Below are positions 1-9,606 of a DNA stretch of 64,000 nt, piece by piece. The notes beneath the pieces are model-generated. The model saw only the letters and a list, made by a program, of their open reading frames with translations. It was not told the DNA's origin and did no database searches. The DNA lies in NCBI GenBank assembly GCA_963737905.1, contig CAVTUQ010000012.1:128001-192000 (forward strand), written 5' to 3'. The translations under genes were made by a program, and so were the position numbers. The stretch's first letter is position 1, and every line of letters begins with the position of its first letter. Origin of the DNA: an uncultured delta proteobacterium (GTDB lineage Bacteria; Desulfobacterota; Binatia; UBA9968).

Positions 1-630
1 TTGTACCCGGCAGCCCGAAGCCGGAAATCGATATAGGGATTCACTTCTTCGTCCTTGAGGGGAACCAGCCGGCATTGAAGGGCCACACGCTGCTTGAGCT
101 GGCGGAGACCGGGTCGATCGAGTCTCGTCTGAAGCTCCGGTTGTCCCATCAGCACAATTTGGATTAGCTTTTCCTGATCGGTCTCCAGGTTGGAGAGAAG
201 TCGGAGGCCTTCGAGAGCCTCATCGCTTAGGTTTTGAGCTTCGTCGACTAGCACCGACACAATGCGGTTCTGCTTGAGCTGCGTGATCAGATACTCGTTC
301 AGCTCCTGAAGCATCGTTACCTTATTGGGTTCTTTAGGAGTCAAGCCCAGATCGTAAAGGATCGCTTGGAGCAATTCGGGAAAGTTTAAATAGGTGTTAA
401 AGATAAAGACTGAATCTACGCGTTCCCTCCAGATTGTGCATCAGTTTACGTAGCAGGGTGGTTTTCCCTGTGCCCACCTCTCCGGTGATGAGTATGAAGC
501 CCTTTTTGGCTTCGATCCCGTAGCGCAGATTAGCGTAGGCTTCCTCGTATACCGGGTTGGTGTAAAAGAAACTGGGATCGGGGGTAACGCTAAAAGGTGA
601 TACCGAAAATCCAAAATAGCTGTTGTACAT
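1..630 (-). CDS. ExeA/GspA-type AAA ATPase (frameshift near 420; runs off the window)
   Basis: Starts MYNSYFGFSVSPFSVTPDP with Walker A GEVGTGKT. After a 1-nt shift near 420 it continues VDSVFIFNT...VLVDEAQNL...LRLLSNLET...IVLMGQPEL...LRQLKQRV. Confidence 0.85.
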
Positions 631-816
631 CGTACCTAGACCCTCCTTGGATTGGCTGATGGAGTCGTAGGCTTGGTGAAGCAGTAGGACGAACCTACCC
701 TTGCCGTCGATTTTCCTTCAAGCTCTTTTGGAGCCGGGCGATTCACAGGTGGGGAAATAATTCGCCACGAATCAGGATAAGCCCCAACACTTCTTGAATT
801 GGACCCTTTCAGCGCG

Positions 817-832
817 TGCAATGCTGATGCCA
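817..832 (-). promoter_or_regulatory. sigma-54 (-24/-12) promoter upstream of the ExeA-like gene
   Basis: Minus strand TGGCATCAGCATTGCA matches TGGCA-N6-TTGCA with GG-N10-GC spacing. Confidence 0.6.
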
Positions 833-1064
833 TTAGGCAAAGTTGTGCTTTTGCCAACGACCGTCACGATTAAAGCTAGCCATAGCGCTAATGGTCGTAA
901 GGATTTTTGGTACGCATCTGGATGCTCCATCCTACAGTTTTTTTCACCAGACTATTGATCAGCCATACCGCGAGTTCGGCAAACTTTGCTATAGACCGAG
1001 CTTTTGCTTGCCAACTTGTGACACCCACCATAAGATCCGAACCCGCGCATCGAGGAAGTCAAGC

Positions 1065-1877
1065 ATGGATCTCGAACAGATAACCAGAGACTGGAATAGT
1101 TCCGGGCTGGTGGTCATTTCCGGGTTCCTTGATCGCTGGGAAATTGCGGACCTGAAGCGCATTTGCGATCATGTTCTTCAACAGGCGATCGCAGAAGCTC
1201 CGGATCGCGCGAATGCATCGAACATTGCGTTTTTGACGGAACCGAGGTATTTCCACTCACGCGAAGCGGATCTATTACGTTTACTCGAATTTATCGCGGA
1301 TCAGAGAATCGTTACGCTCCTGACCCACTTGGCCGGCGGACCGCCGCTGTTTCATAACACGCAGTATTTTTACAATCCCGCCAGTATGTCATGGGATGGA
1401 GATTGGCATCGGGACACGCAGTTTCTGGCTCCCGAGGTCGCGCTCGAACAGGAACGCATGAAGCAGCACACTGGCGTACATTTTCGGGTCGCCTTGGTGG
1501 CGGATTCCCAACTGGAATATGTTCCGGGGTCGGAGCGTCGCTGGGATTTACCCGACGAATTGGATATTCGCAAAGGCCCTCAGCCGAACCGTTCAGACAT
1601 GCCGCACCGTAGAACGATAGCGCTTGGAGCAGGCGACGCATGCATTTTTCACGCCTGGGGCATTCATCGCGGCACTTACCGAGCGGATGTTCCGCGGCGG
1701 ACGTTGGACATTATCTACGGTTGGGGTGGAACAAGCGACTACTGCCCGCCGCCGCCAATGTGTTTTACCCAGCGAGAATTACTGGCACGCCTGAGCCCAG
1801 GCGCCCGAAACTTTTTCAACTATTTCATTAGTGCTTATAGCGGTACTGGAATCGGGAACACTTCTAAATTGAGATGA
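1065..1877 (+). CDS. phytanoyl-CoA dioxygenase (PhyH) family Fe(II)/2-oxoglutarate oxygenase
   Basis: WHRD and HRG facial-triad motifs and YVPGS. ATG 1065 follows GAGGAAG. Confidence 0.85.
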   Translation: MDLEQITRDWNSSGLVVISGFLDRWEIADLKRICDHVLQQAIAEAPDRANASNIAFLTEPRYFHSREADLLRLLEFIADQRIVTLLTHLAGGPPLFHNTQYFYNPASMSWDGDWHRDTQFLAPEVALEQERMKQHTGVHFRVALVADSQLEYVPGSERRWDLPDELDIRKGPQPNRSDMPHRRTIALGAGDACIFHAWGIHRGTYRADVPRRTLDIIYGWGGTSDYCPPPPMCFTQRELLARLSPGARNFFNYFISAYSGTGIGNTSKLR

Positions 1878-2122
1878 GTTGAGCGCGCCTCGGTAAATGT
1901 TCCAGGCCGGTTTCTCAGTGATTTCTTATTGAGCTGTTTCACTCCGACTTCCGGTTCTGATAGATAGACTTCGTTTGCTCGTTTGACAGCGGCTAAACCC
2001 GTTATTGCGCTGATGCGAAGCCGGCAACGTTTGGTGAGAGGCGAAAGGGTGGTCTTCTTGCGAAGGCCTCAGAGTCGAATTAATACTAGGGGCGTCTAAC
2101 CGGGTGCCCGACGGAAGAACGG

Positions 2123-2902
2123 ATGTTGCGGAGATTACTTTTTTTCCCTTATCAACTTTGTCTTATTGTCTTGTTTCTCCTTCTTGGGGTCTCGTGGGGA
2201 ATCGGCTGTTATTTTGCCAGTCTGTTTTCCAACGGTGAAGATCGTGCTCAGAGATATCTCAACCATTGGGCGAGAATTAGTCTCAGGTTTGCGCGCCTTG
2301 AGATTACGGTTGCGGGTCTGGAACGCTTGGATCTGAGCCGACCCTACGTCTTTATGCCTAATCATTCGAGCTTTCTTGATGTTCTCCTAGTGTTCGCCTT
2401 CATTCCGCATAATTTTCGCAGCATTGTTAAAGAAGAGTTTTTTTCGATTCCTCTTCTGGGTCTGACGGTCAAGAGCTCGGGACAGATCCCGCTGGATCGG
2501 AACAGTCCAAGGAAGGGCCTGCAGAGCATCAAGCAGGCTGCGGAGTTGATTAGGCGGGGGGTGTCAATTGTCGTTTTTCCCGAAGGAACGCGGAGCCCCG
2601 ACGGAAAAATTCACGAGTTCAAGACTACGCTTTTCGTATTGCCTATTCGGACGCGAACCCCAGTTGTGCCCGTCCTGATCGAGGGAACCTTTGAGGCATT
2701 GCGAAGCGGCAGCATATTACTTAAGCACTCTCCGGTGAAGGTGACCTTTCTCGACCCGGTTTCGCCGGATTGCTTTTCCGACAAAGACCGAGGTTTATAC
2801 GCAGAAAAGGTACGCCGGCGCTTGATCGAATCCAGTCAAAACCCCATGGCGACTGGAAAAACAACAAGCGGATGCAAATCACGGGAATTTAGCCCCAACT
2901 GA
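2123..2902 (+). CDS. plsC: 1-acyl-sn-glycerol-3-phosphate acyltransferase
   Basis: NHSSFLD (HX4D) and FPEGTRS motifs. Confidence 0.9.
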   Translation: MLRRLLFFPYQLCLIVLFLLLGVSWGIGCYFASLFSNGEDRAQRYLNHWARISLRFARLEITVAGLERLDLSRPYVFMPNHSSFLDVLLVFAFIPHNFRSIVKEEFFSIPLLGLTVKSSGQIPLDRNSPRKGLQSIKQAAELIRRGVSIVVFPEGTRSPDGKIHEFKTTLFVLPIRTRTPVVPVLIEGTFEALRSGSILLKHSPVKVTFLDPVSPDCFSDKDRGLYAEKVRRRLIESSQNPMATGKTTSGCKSREFSPN

Positions 2903-3031
2903 ACTCTACACTATTGACCACGTGCTAATTCCAAACGCGTTCCTCGGTCTTGAGATCGAGCGCTTGCTCGTTGGCGCGGACGACACAGATTTGATCTTTG
3001 GCGAAATTTTACGAGGAGAGGATAGGTTGCG

Positions 3032-4375
3032 ATGATCTTCCGCAAGCAAACGATTGTTGTTTTTGCACTGTTTTCCGCGCTGGGGCTGAGCTTGCTTGCA
3101 ACTCCGAGTCCGGCGGATCTGGAACAGTATGTCCGGAAGCCCGAAGCCGAGTTCGGTTGGAAACTAAAAGAAAAAATCGAGCGCGAGCAGTCTGGAGACC
3201 GGATCTACGATCTCCATTTCGTGTCACAGACCTGGCAGGGCAATACCTGGCAGCATCAATTGCAAGTCTATCAGCCGCGAAACGTTGCGCCGAACTCGAC
3301 CCTGTTTCTATGGGTCACGGGCGGTTCGGCCAGACCGGCCTATGTCTCCTTGGGTTTGGAGCTGGCCCGGAAAATTAACGCTCCGGTGGCCATTCTTTAC
3401 CACATTCCGAATCAGCCGCTGCTGGAAAGTAAACTGAGTGAAGACGATCTGATCGCCGAAACGTTTGTCCGTTATCTCAATACCAAAGATGAAAACTGGC
3501 CGCTGCTCTTGCCGATGGTCAAAAGTGTCGTCAAAGCGATGGATGTTTTGCAGGCGTTTGGCAAACGAGAATGGGACAGTCCGGTAAATAGCTTCATCGT
3601 ATCCGGGGCGTCGAAGCGCGGCTGGACGACCTGGCTCACCGCGGCCATCGACCCGCGAGTTCGTGCCATCGCTCCGGTGGTCATTGATACGCTCAATATT
3701 CGCGCGCAGATGCCGCGACAGCTCAAAGCCTTCGGCGCCTATAGTGGCCCGCTCACGCCTTATACCAGTCGTGGATTGGTGCCGATACCGGAAACACCCG
3801 AAGGCCAGCGCCTCTTGAGCATGGTCGATCCCTGGGAGTACCGCGAAAGGCTGGCCTTGCCCAAGTTGATCGTTAACGGCACTAACGATTTCTACTGGGC
3901 CACAGACGCGCTCAATCTGTATTGGAACGAGCTCACAGGAAAAAAGTGGGTAGTTTACGTGCCGAACGCCGGACATGATTTGAAGCGGCGGGACAAGCCT
4001 GAACCGGACCAGTTGACGGATCTCGTCAATAGTCTCGCGGCTTTCTCCCGTTATCAAATAAGCGGCCGGTCCATGCCGAACCTGGCGTGGAAGCATGAAA
4101 CCATAAACGGCAAACTCCGTCTGACGATCGACGCGACCCCGGAACCCACGGGCGCAAGGCTCTGGGTGGCAGAGACACGAACTCAAGATTTTCGCACGGC
4201 TAAATGGCGAGAGCAGGCCGTGACTCTTTCGAACGGTGTAGTTATCGGCGAAGTGACTCCACCGGAGAAAGGCCATATCGCGTTCTACGGCGAGCTGGAC
4301 TACGAAATCGACGGCCTGAAATATCACCTCTCTACTCAGGTGCGGATGACGGAATGCAATGTGGAGCAATGTTAA
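3032..4375 (+). CDS. PqaA family (PhoPQ-activated) alpha/beta hydrolase-like protein
   Basis: Signal peptide plus SQTWQG, PNQPL, GASKRGWTTW and VPNAGH motifs. Confidence 0.85.
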   Translation: MIFRKQTIVVFALFSALGLSLLATPSPADLEQYVRKPEAEFGWKLKEKIEREQSGDRIYDLHFVSQTWQGNTWQHQLQVYQPRNVAPNSTLFLWVTGGSARPAYVSLGLELARKINAPVAILYHIPNQPLLESKLSEDDLIAETFVRYLNTKDENWPLLLPMVKSVVKAMDVLQAFGKREWDSPVNSFIVSGASKRGWTTWLTAAIDPRVRAIAPVVIDTLNIRAQMPRQLKAFGAYSGPLTPYTSRGLVPIPETPEGQRLLSMVDPWEYRERLALPKLIVNGTNDFYWATDALNLYWNELTGKKWVVYVPNAGHDLKRRDKPEPDQLTDLVNSLAAFSRYQISGRSMPNLAWKHETINGKLRLTIDATPEPTGARLWVAETRTQDFRTAKWREQAVTLSNGVVIGEVTPPEKGHIAFYGELDYEIDGLKYHLSTQVRMTECNVEQC

Positions 4376-4416
4376 CTACTATGGGTCGTTGAAAAATCAT
4401 TGGCGGGCGCGATGCC

Positions 4417-4734
4417 TCAACACAGCGATTTCTTCACGATACCCAAAAACGTAACAAGCTCTGCGGTCGCCAAAACGCTAGCGCCGAAACGCGCAAGAAT
4501 CAGATACTCCAGAGTGCCGGCGAAGTAGCAGAGAAAAACTGCGATACTGAAGTTGATGTAGAATCTGGGTTTAGAAAGCCCGACTGCGGGAGAGCCGAAA
4601 AACAACTCTCGATCGTGATCTGTGAATGCCGGTCTGCCGCCGGCTTTGCGCCGCAGCACCAACACACCGGTCGCGACAAATAGGATCGTAAAAAATGTGA
4701 TTCCCTCCCACAAATAATAGCCGATACGTTCCAC
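4417..4734 (-). CDS. hypothetical membrane protein
   Basis: 105 aa with three hydrophobic segments. Confidence 0.55.
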   Translation of the reverse strand: MERIGYYLWEGITFFTILFVATGVLVLRRKAGGRPAFTDHDRELFFGSPAVGLSKPRFYINFSIAVFLCYFAGTLEYLILARFGASVLATAELVTFLGIVKKSLC

Positions 4735-4924
4735 TGGGGCCCCTTGGATTTACCTGCCACGGCGTTAACTTCCCAATTTTCCGAGGCTGGCAACGTTTAT
4801 CGAGGAGCCGATTCGATGTCAAGAGATGCTTGTCGTCCGCCCATCTCAGCGTCCCGACTTTCAAATCTCGATTGGCTCAGGGTCTTGGTGATTGTAAGAG
4901 TTTGATCTGCGTGCTTTCATCCGG

Positions 4925-6127
4925 GTGATGAGAGTGTTCTTGAGCTATGCTTCCGAGGATCGCAACCAAGCGGAAGCCATCTACTTGTCTTTGCGCGGCC
5001 AGGGGCACACCGTATTCTTCGACCGCACAAATCTGCCGCCGGGGGAGGAATACGATGCGCGGATCCGGCGCGGGATCGAGCGATCGAAGCTTCTAGTCTT
5101 TCTTGTAAGCCCGTACTCCTTGGATGCCGGCAGCTACACGCTCACCGAACTCGACATCGCTCAGAAGACTTGGGCACACCCCACCGGAAGAGTTTTGCCG
5201 GTGGTCCTTCGGCCGACTCCGTTGGACCTCATCCCGCCCTACCTGAAGTCGGTTACCCTGCTCGAAACTGAGGGCAACGTGGTGGCCACGGTGGCCGATG
5301 CGGTGCACCGGATTGCTCTGGAGCGACGTCGCGCGATGCTGGGGACCGTCGCCAAAGGAGTGGGAATCGCAGGCGTCGTCTGCGCGGGAGCGTATTTTTA
5401 TTTTGCGTATCGCCAACCGTCTCCAGAAACCATCGGCAAGGATGGCGCCCCCGCGGTAGTCGTACCCGCCGGTAATTTCACGATGGGAGACGACGAAGAG
5501 TCGCCGCTTCGAGATATTTATTTGGACGCTTTCTATATCGACAAGTACGAGATAACGGTGTCTCGCTATGCGAAGTTTTTGAAGACAACCGGCGGCGTGA
5601 GAGCCCCGGAAGGCTGGGCGGAGGCGACCCGCGACGGCGCCAATGATTTGCCTGTGGTCGGCGTGGATTGGTACGACGCCGACGCCTACTGCAAGTGGGC
5701 AGGTAAGCGCTTGCCGACCGACGCAGAGTGGGAAAAAGCGGCGCGTGGCACGGACGGGCGGAGGTTTCCCTGGGGCGATGATGAGCCGACCTCGACACGC
5801 GCGAACTTTGGCAAGTCCTCAGAGGGGAATGCTTATAACGGAGGGCTCGCGCCGGCAGGTGGGCGCGAATCCGGTAGCAGCCCGTACGGCGCGCAAGATC
5901 TTGCGGGCAATGCTTCGGAGTGGGTGGCGGACTGGTTCGCGGAAAGCTTTCTGCGCGGCGACGTCAGAAATCCCAAGGGTCCGGAGAGCGGCACGGCGAA
6001 GGTGATTCGGGGCGGAGGGTGGTACGACCCTCCCGATAGATTGAATACGACCCGGCGTATGCACGCAAACCCAGGTCATCGCGACGACGACCTCGGGTTC
6101 CGTTGCGCCAGGGACTTTAACCGGTAA
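4925..6127 (+). CDS. TIR domain - transmembrane helix - SUMF1/FGE-sulfatase (C-type lectin fold) protein
   Basis: N-terminal VFLSYASED...YTLTELDIA (TIR), TM GVGIAGVVCAGAYFYFAY, C-terminal RLPTDAEWEKAARG, GNASEW, RGGGW and GFRCA. Confidence 0.9.
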   Translation: MMRVFLSYASEDRNQAEAIYLSLRGQGHTVFFDRTNLPPGEEYDARIRRGIERSKLLVFLVSPYSLDAGSYTLTELDIAQKTWAHPTGRVLPVVLRPTPLDLIPPYLKSVTLLETEGNVVATVADAVHRIALERRRAMLGTVAKGVGIAGVVCAGAYFYFAYRQPSPETIGKDGAPAVVVPAGNFTMGDDEESPLRDIYLDAFYIDKYEITVSRYAKFLKTTGGVRAPEGWAEATRDGANDLPVVGVDWYDADAYCKWAGKRLPTDAEWEKAARGTDGRRFPWGDDEPTSTRANFGKSSEGNAYNGGLAPAGGRESGSSPYGAQDLAGNASEWVADWFAESFLRGDVRNPKGPESGTAKVIRGGGWYDPPDRLNTTRRMHANPGHRDDDLGFRCARDFNR

Positions 6128-6297
6128 TGCTGATGTTGAATGTCCATCGATGGGCTTTAAGCCATCGGTATAACCTGCCTCTTAAGACGTGAACTTCCTT
6201 GCCAAGATCGGTAAATGCAAATAGACTTCAGGCAACAAAAGACTGGCAGCCATATGCGCCAACAATTCTGTGGCCGTCAGGTGAAAAGGAGGAAACC

Positions 6298-6702
6298 ATG
6301 TCCGATCAAACGCTGCGAGGAAGTTGTCTTTGCAAAGCGGTGCGCTATGAAGTGACGCCGCCATTTATCCGATTCGTTCATTGCTATTGCTCCCGTTGCC
6401 GCAAGGCCACGGGGGGAGTGCGGGCGACAAATATCGCGGTGGTCCCCGATCAGTTTCGCTGGGTGTCTGGAGAGGAGCTTATCTCGCGCTACGATCTGCC
6501 GGAAGCGAGAAGCTTCGCGAGGCAGATCTGCAAACGTTGCAACTGCCCCGTGCCTCACAAGTCGCGTAGCGGCGAACAGGTCATTGTTCCCGCAGGCACC
6601 TTGGACGACGATCCCGCGAGTAAGCCGTCGGATCATCGGAATTGGGGAAGCCGGGTTTCCTGGGCCACGATAGACGAATCCCACCTGCCGATTTCCGAAT
6701 AG
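6298..6702 (+). CDS. GFA/CENP-V family zinc-binding protein
   Basis: GSCLC, HCYCSRCRK and CKRC motifs. SD AGGAGG precedes ATG 6298. Confidence 0.9.
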   Translation: MSDQTLRGSCLCKAVRYEVTPPFIRFVHCYCSRCRKATGGVRATNIAVVPDQFRWVSGEELISRYDLPEARSFARQICKRCNCPVPHKSRSGEQVIVPAGTLDDDPASKPSDHRNWGSRVSWATIDESHLPISE

Positions 6703-6862
6703 CCGGTGAACGACGCCCGGCGGCAAGATTGATGAGCTCATCATTCGTGTCCCGAAGAATCCGCCCTGCGAAAAAGAGATGTGTTTGCTGCAAAGGGTTG
6801 GGATAGAAGTATGCTGTTAAATGCGTTTTGGAAGAAACCAAATTTAAGCACGCTTTGGACAT

Positions 6863-6903
6863 CTGTCAAGAGAGTTGACAGCTTTGGAGGCCGTGCTTAT
6901 CTT
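6863..6903 (+). promoter_or_regulatory. sigma-70 promoter of hsp20 with overlapping palindrome
   Basis: TTGACA (6875-6880), 17 bp, TATCTT (6898-6903). Inverted repeat CTGTCAA-N5-TTGACAG at 6863-6881. Confidence 0.6.
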
Positions 6904-6939
6904 TTTAGCAATAAACACAAGGTCTAAAGGAGGCCGATT

Positions 6940-7362
6940 ATGGAAGTAGTAAGATGGGAACCGTTTGAGAGTTTAAACAAGATGCACGCGCGGATCAATG
7001 ACTTATTCGGGGAGAGCTTCGGTCGTTCTACCACGTGGTATCCAGCCGTGGACGTTTTGGAAGGTAAGGATGCTTATCTGATTCGGGCCGAGCTTCCGGG
7101 AATGAAGAAGGAAGATTTCCATCTGGAAGTTAAAGATGGAACACTGACTCTGACCGGGGAGCGAAAATCCGAGAAGGCAGCGGACGGCGTCGAATATCGC
7201 AGCGTGGAACGGGTTAACGGAAAATTCTGGCGATCGTTTTCGCTTCCGGAAACCGTAAAGCACGACGGCATCCAAGCCACATATAAGGACGGCATTTTGG
7301 AGATTCATGTTCCAAAAGCCGAGGAAGCCAAGCCGCGGCAAATCGAAATAACCGTGCACTAA
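6940..7362 (+). CDS. Hsp20/alpha-crystallin small heat shock protein
   Basis: WYPAVDV...AELPG...GKFWRSFSLP...ATYKDGILEI. Confidence 0.95.
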   Translation: MEVVRWEPFESLNKMHARINDLFGESFGRSTTWYPAVDVLEGKDAYLIRAELPGMKKEDFHLEVKDGTLTLTGERKSEKAADGVEYRSVERVNGKFWRSFSLPETVKHDGIQATYKDGILEIHVPKAEEAKPRQIEITVH

Positions 7363-7385
7363 TCTCAGCGTTTCCTAAACAGGAT

Positions 7386-7419
7386 AAAAAAGGGGAAGCA
7401 TCTTGCTTCCCTTTTTTTA
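7386..7419 (+). terminator. intrinsic terminator, likely bidirectional
   Basis: A-tract, GGGAAGCA-TCT-TGCTTCCC stem-loop, T7. Confidence 0.85.
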
Positions 7420-7458
7420 TTTGTGCGCGCATTGTATTAAGGTCTGGATTATCGTCCT

Positions 7459-7869
7459 ATGGCTAAAGCAAACGCACGGAGCGACCCTCGTTTGCGACTG
7501 ATCGAGTATACACTACCAGGGCATTGGAAAGCCTTGGTCGGTCGCACTGACGCTGACAACGACGAGCTGAGCCTGACGTTGGCTCGACCGGACGACTGGT
7601 GGTTCCACGTTCGCGGTGTGCCCGGCGGCCACGTGATACTGCAAGGGCCAGCAGGAGAGGAGCCCGATCGCGCGACACTGAAGCGTGCCGCCGCCATCGC
7701 GGCGTACCATAGCAAGGCCAGACGCGCTGGCCTGGTCGCGGTCTCATGCACCCGCGCTCGTTATGTCAGCAAGCCTCGCCACGCAAAAACGGGAACCGTG
7801 CAGATTCGCAAGGAGGTCGTGCTTAAGGTCCGCCCGGCAGCAGCTGCGGAATTACAACCTGGAAAATGA
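7459..7869 (+). CDS. stand-alone NFACT-R (DUF814) RNA-binding domain protein
   Basis: VGRTDADND.L...DWWFHVRGVPGGHVIL...AAIAAYHSK...VSKP. Confidence 0.85.
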   Translation: MAKANARSDPRLRLIEYTLPGHWKALVGRTDADNDELSLTLARPDDWWFHVRGVPGGHVILQGPAGEEPDRATLKRAAAIAAYHSKARRAGLVAVSCTRARYVSKPRHAKTGTVQIRKEVVLKVRPAAAAELQPGK

Positions 7870-7948
7870 ATCCAGTCAAGACAACTGGAGAATTCTGAAA
7901 TGGCAGCACCGGCAGATATCACTTGGAGAGGTTACTCCTTAGCGGAAC

Positions 7949-8182
7949 GTGATTGGCGGTGGCAGCGGGTACGGCGACGACGGCCCGCTCTTGAAGGCGA
8001 AATCTCCGGGCGATCACTTGCGCGACTTAGGTATCGAGAAAGGTAACGCGTTTATTTGGAAGCCCATCAGCATGACAACCGACGAGCGCATTCGATTCAC
8101 TTGGGGTGGCCCCGTGATCGTGACTGACAAAGGTGCGGAAGCGCTGTTCACTCGTTCTCAAGGAATGGTTTCCATATGCTGA
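7949..8182 (+). pseudogene. C-terminal remnant of an M24 (Xaa-Pro) peptidase-like gene
   Basis: GDDGPL...FIWKP...WGGPVIVTDKGAEAL with no N-terminal part. Confidence 0.5.
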
Positions 8183-9228
8183 GCTACGACGTCGTCGAAT
8201 GGGGTAAGCCGCTCGAGAAGACTGAGCGCGAAACACCGGCGCCGAAGGGCAGCGAGGTGCTGCTCAAACTCAAGTATTGTGGCGTGTGCCACAGCGACGT
8301 GCATATCCGGGACGGCTATTTCGACCTGGGCGGCAGCAAACGACTGCCCATGAGCGAGCGCGGCATGACCTTACCCGCAACTTTGGGGCATGAGCCCTAC
8401 GGCAAGGTTGTCGCTGCGGGACCCGAGGCCGGTGATGTTGCGATCGGAGCAGATCGACTCGTCTACCCATGGACAGGCTGCGGGGCGTGCGCGCGCTGCC
8501 GCGAGGGATTGGATAACTTCTGCATGGCGCCGCACTGCATGGGTCTTCAGTGTCCGGGCGGATATGCGGATCATCTCCTGGTGCCTCACCCGCGCTATCT
8601 TGTCGATAGTAGCGGTATTGATCCGGCTTGGGCGGCGACGCTATCTTGTTCGGGGCTGGCCGCTTATTCCGCCGTGTCGAAGTTGAATCCCCTCCCGCGG
8701 CAAGAATGGGTGATCGTGACAGGCGCGGGCGGACTCGGACTGTCCGTCATCTCTATTTTGCGGGCGCTGTCCCACGAGTGCATTATTGCGGTGGATATCG
8801 ATAACGCCAAGCTAAATGCGGCAAAAAAGGTAGGCGCTGCTTTAGTTGTGAATAGCCGCGATCAAGATGTCGCAGAGAAAATAAGACAGATCGCCGGCGG
8901 ACTCTTATACGGGGCGGTGGATTTGGTGGGCACCGCCGAGACGGCCAGTTTTTCTCTCGACGTTCTGCGCAAGGGCGGCCGGTTGATCCTTGTCGGCTTG
9001 TACGGCGGTGTGATTCCGCTGTCGCTGGTGAGGACGATTCAACGCGCGATCACGATCCAGGGCTCCCACCTCGGTAGTGTCCATGAGTTGAAGCAGGTCC
9101 TTGCACTCGCGCGCGAGGGCAAACTCCAGCCGATCCCAATCCGGAGGCGGCCGCTGTCGGAAGTCAGCCGCACTCTCGATGAGCTGAAAGCGGGAGCTGT
9201 TGTCGGCCGGGTAGTGGTTGAGATGTAG
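8176..9228 (+). CDS. zinc-dependent alcohol dehydrogenase
   Basis: CGVCHSD, GHE, CGACARC..C and GAGGLG motifs. Confidence 0.95.
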   Translation: MLSYDVVEWGKPLEKTERETPAPKGSEVLLKLKYCGVCHSDVHIRDGYFDLGGSKRLPMSERGMTLPATLGHEPYGKVVAAGPEAGDVAIGADRLVYPWTGCGACARCREGLDNFCMAPHCMGLQCPGGYADHLLVPHPRYLVDSSGIDPAWAATLSCSGLAAYSAVSKLNPLPRQEWVIVTGAGGLGLSVISILRALSHECIIAVDIDNAKLNAAKKVGAALVVNSRDQDVAEKIRQIAGGLLYGAVDLVGTAETASFSLDVLRKGGRLILVGLYGGVIPLSLVRTIQRAITIQGSHLGSVHELKQVLALAREGKLQPIPIRRRPLSEVSRTLDELKAGAVVGRVVVEM

Positions 9229-9267
9229 GGAGGCCGAGGCTATTCCCTATTCACCGGCAACGACTAA

Positions 9268-9417
9268 ACGACGACGGCGGGAATATGGATGACCGCGGCG
9301 GTTGGAATTGCCGCTGGTTTGGGACGCTTGGGGCTCGCCTTGGTGAGTACGATTCTGACATGGATAACACTCTCTCTCATGGGAAAAATAGAGACTTGGA
9401 TGAATGAAAAACAATGA
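9268..9417 (+). pseudogene. MgtC/SapB family C-terminal fragment
   Basis: Hand translation TTTAGIWMTAAVGIAAGLGRLGLALVSTILTWITL resembles the MgtC TTAA.IW.TAA.G motif. A stop lies immediately upstream. Confidence 0.6.
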
Positions 9418-9606
9418 CGAGGGCAGGTTGAATTTTCTTGCTAATCACTTGGGAATCACAATACAATCATTTTTCCGCACCCCGCTGTTGGGCGGGCGTG
9501 AATCGTACTCTAGAGTGGACAATGCCACCGCGCTTGCTGGTGCGGTGGGTAAGATGAACGCGATAAAGGAATTTCGCATCTCTTCCACCCAAGACCGGGT
9601 GTTTCA

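Noticed and set aside
5990-6127. FGE/C-lectin C-terminus as a diversity-generating retroelement variable region
   Set aside because: No template repeat copy and no reverse transcriptase seen in the window.
6904-6928. TTAGCA...CTAA before hsp20 as a CIRCE element
   Set aside because: Arms and spacing do not fit TTAGCACTC-N9-GAGTGCTAA.
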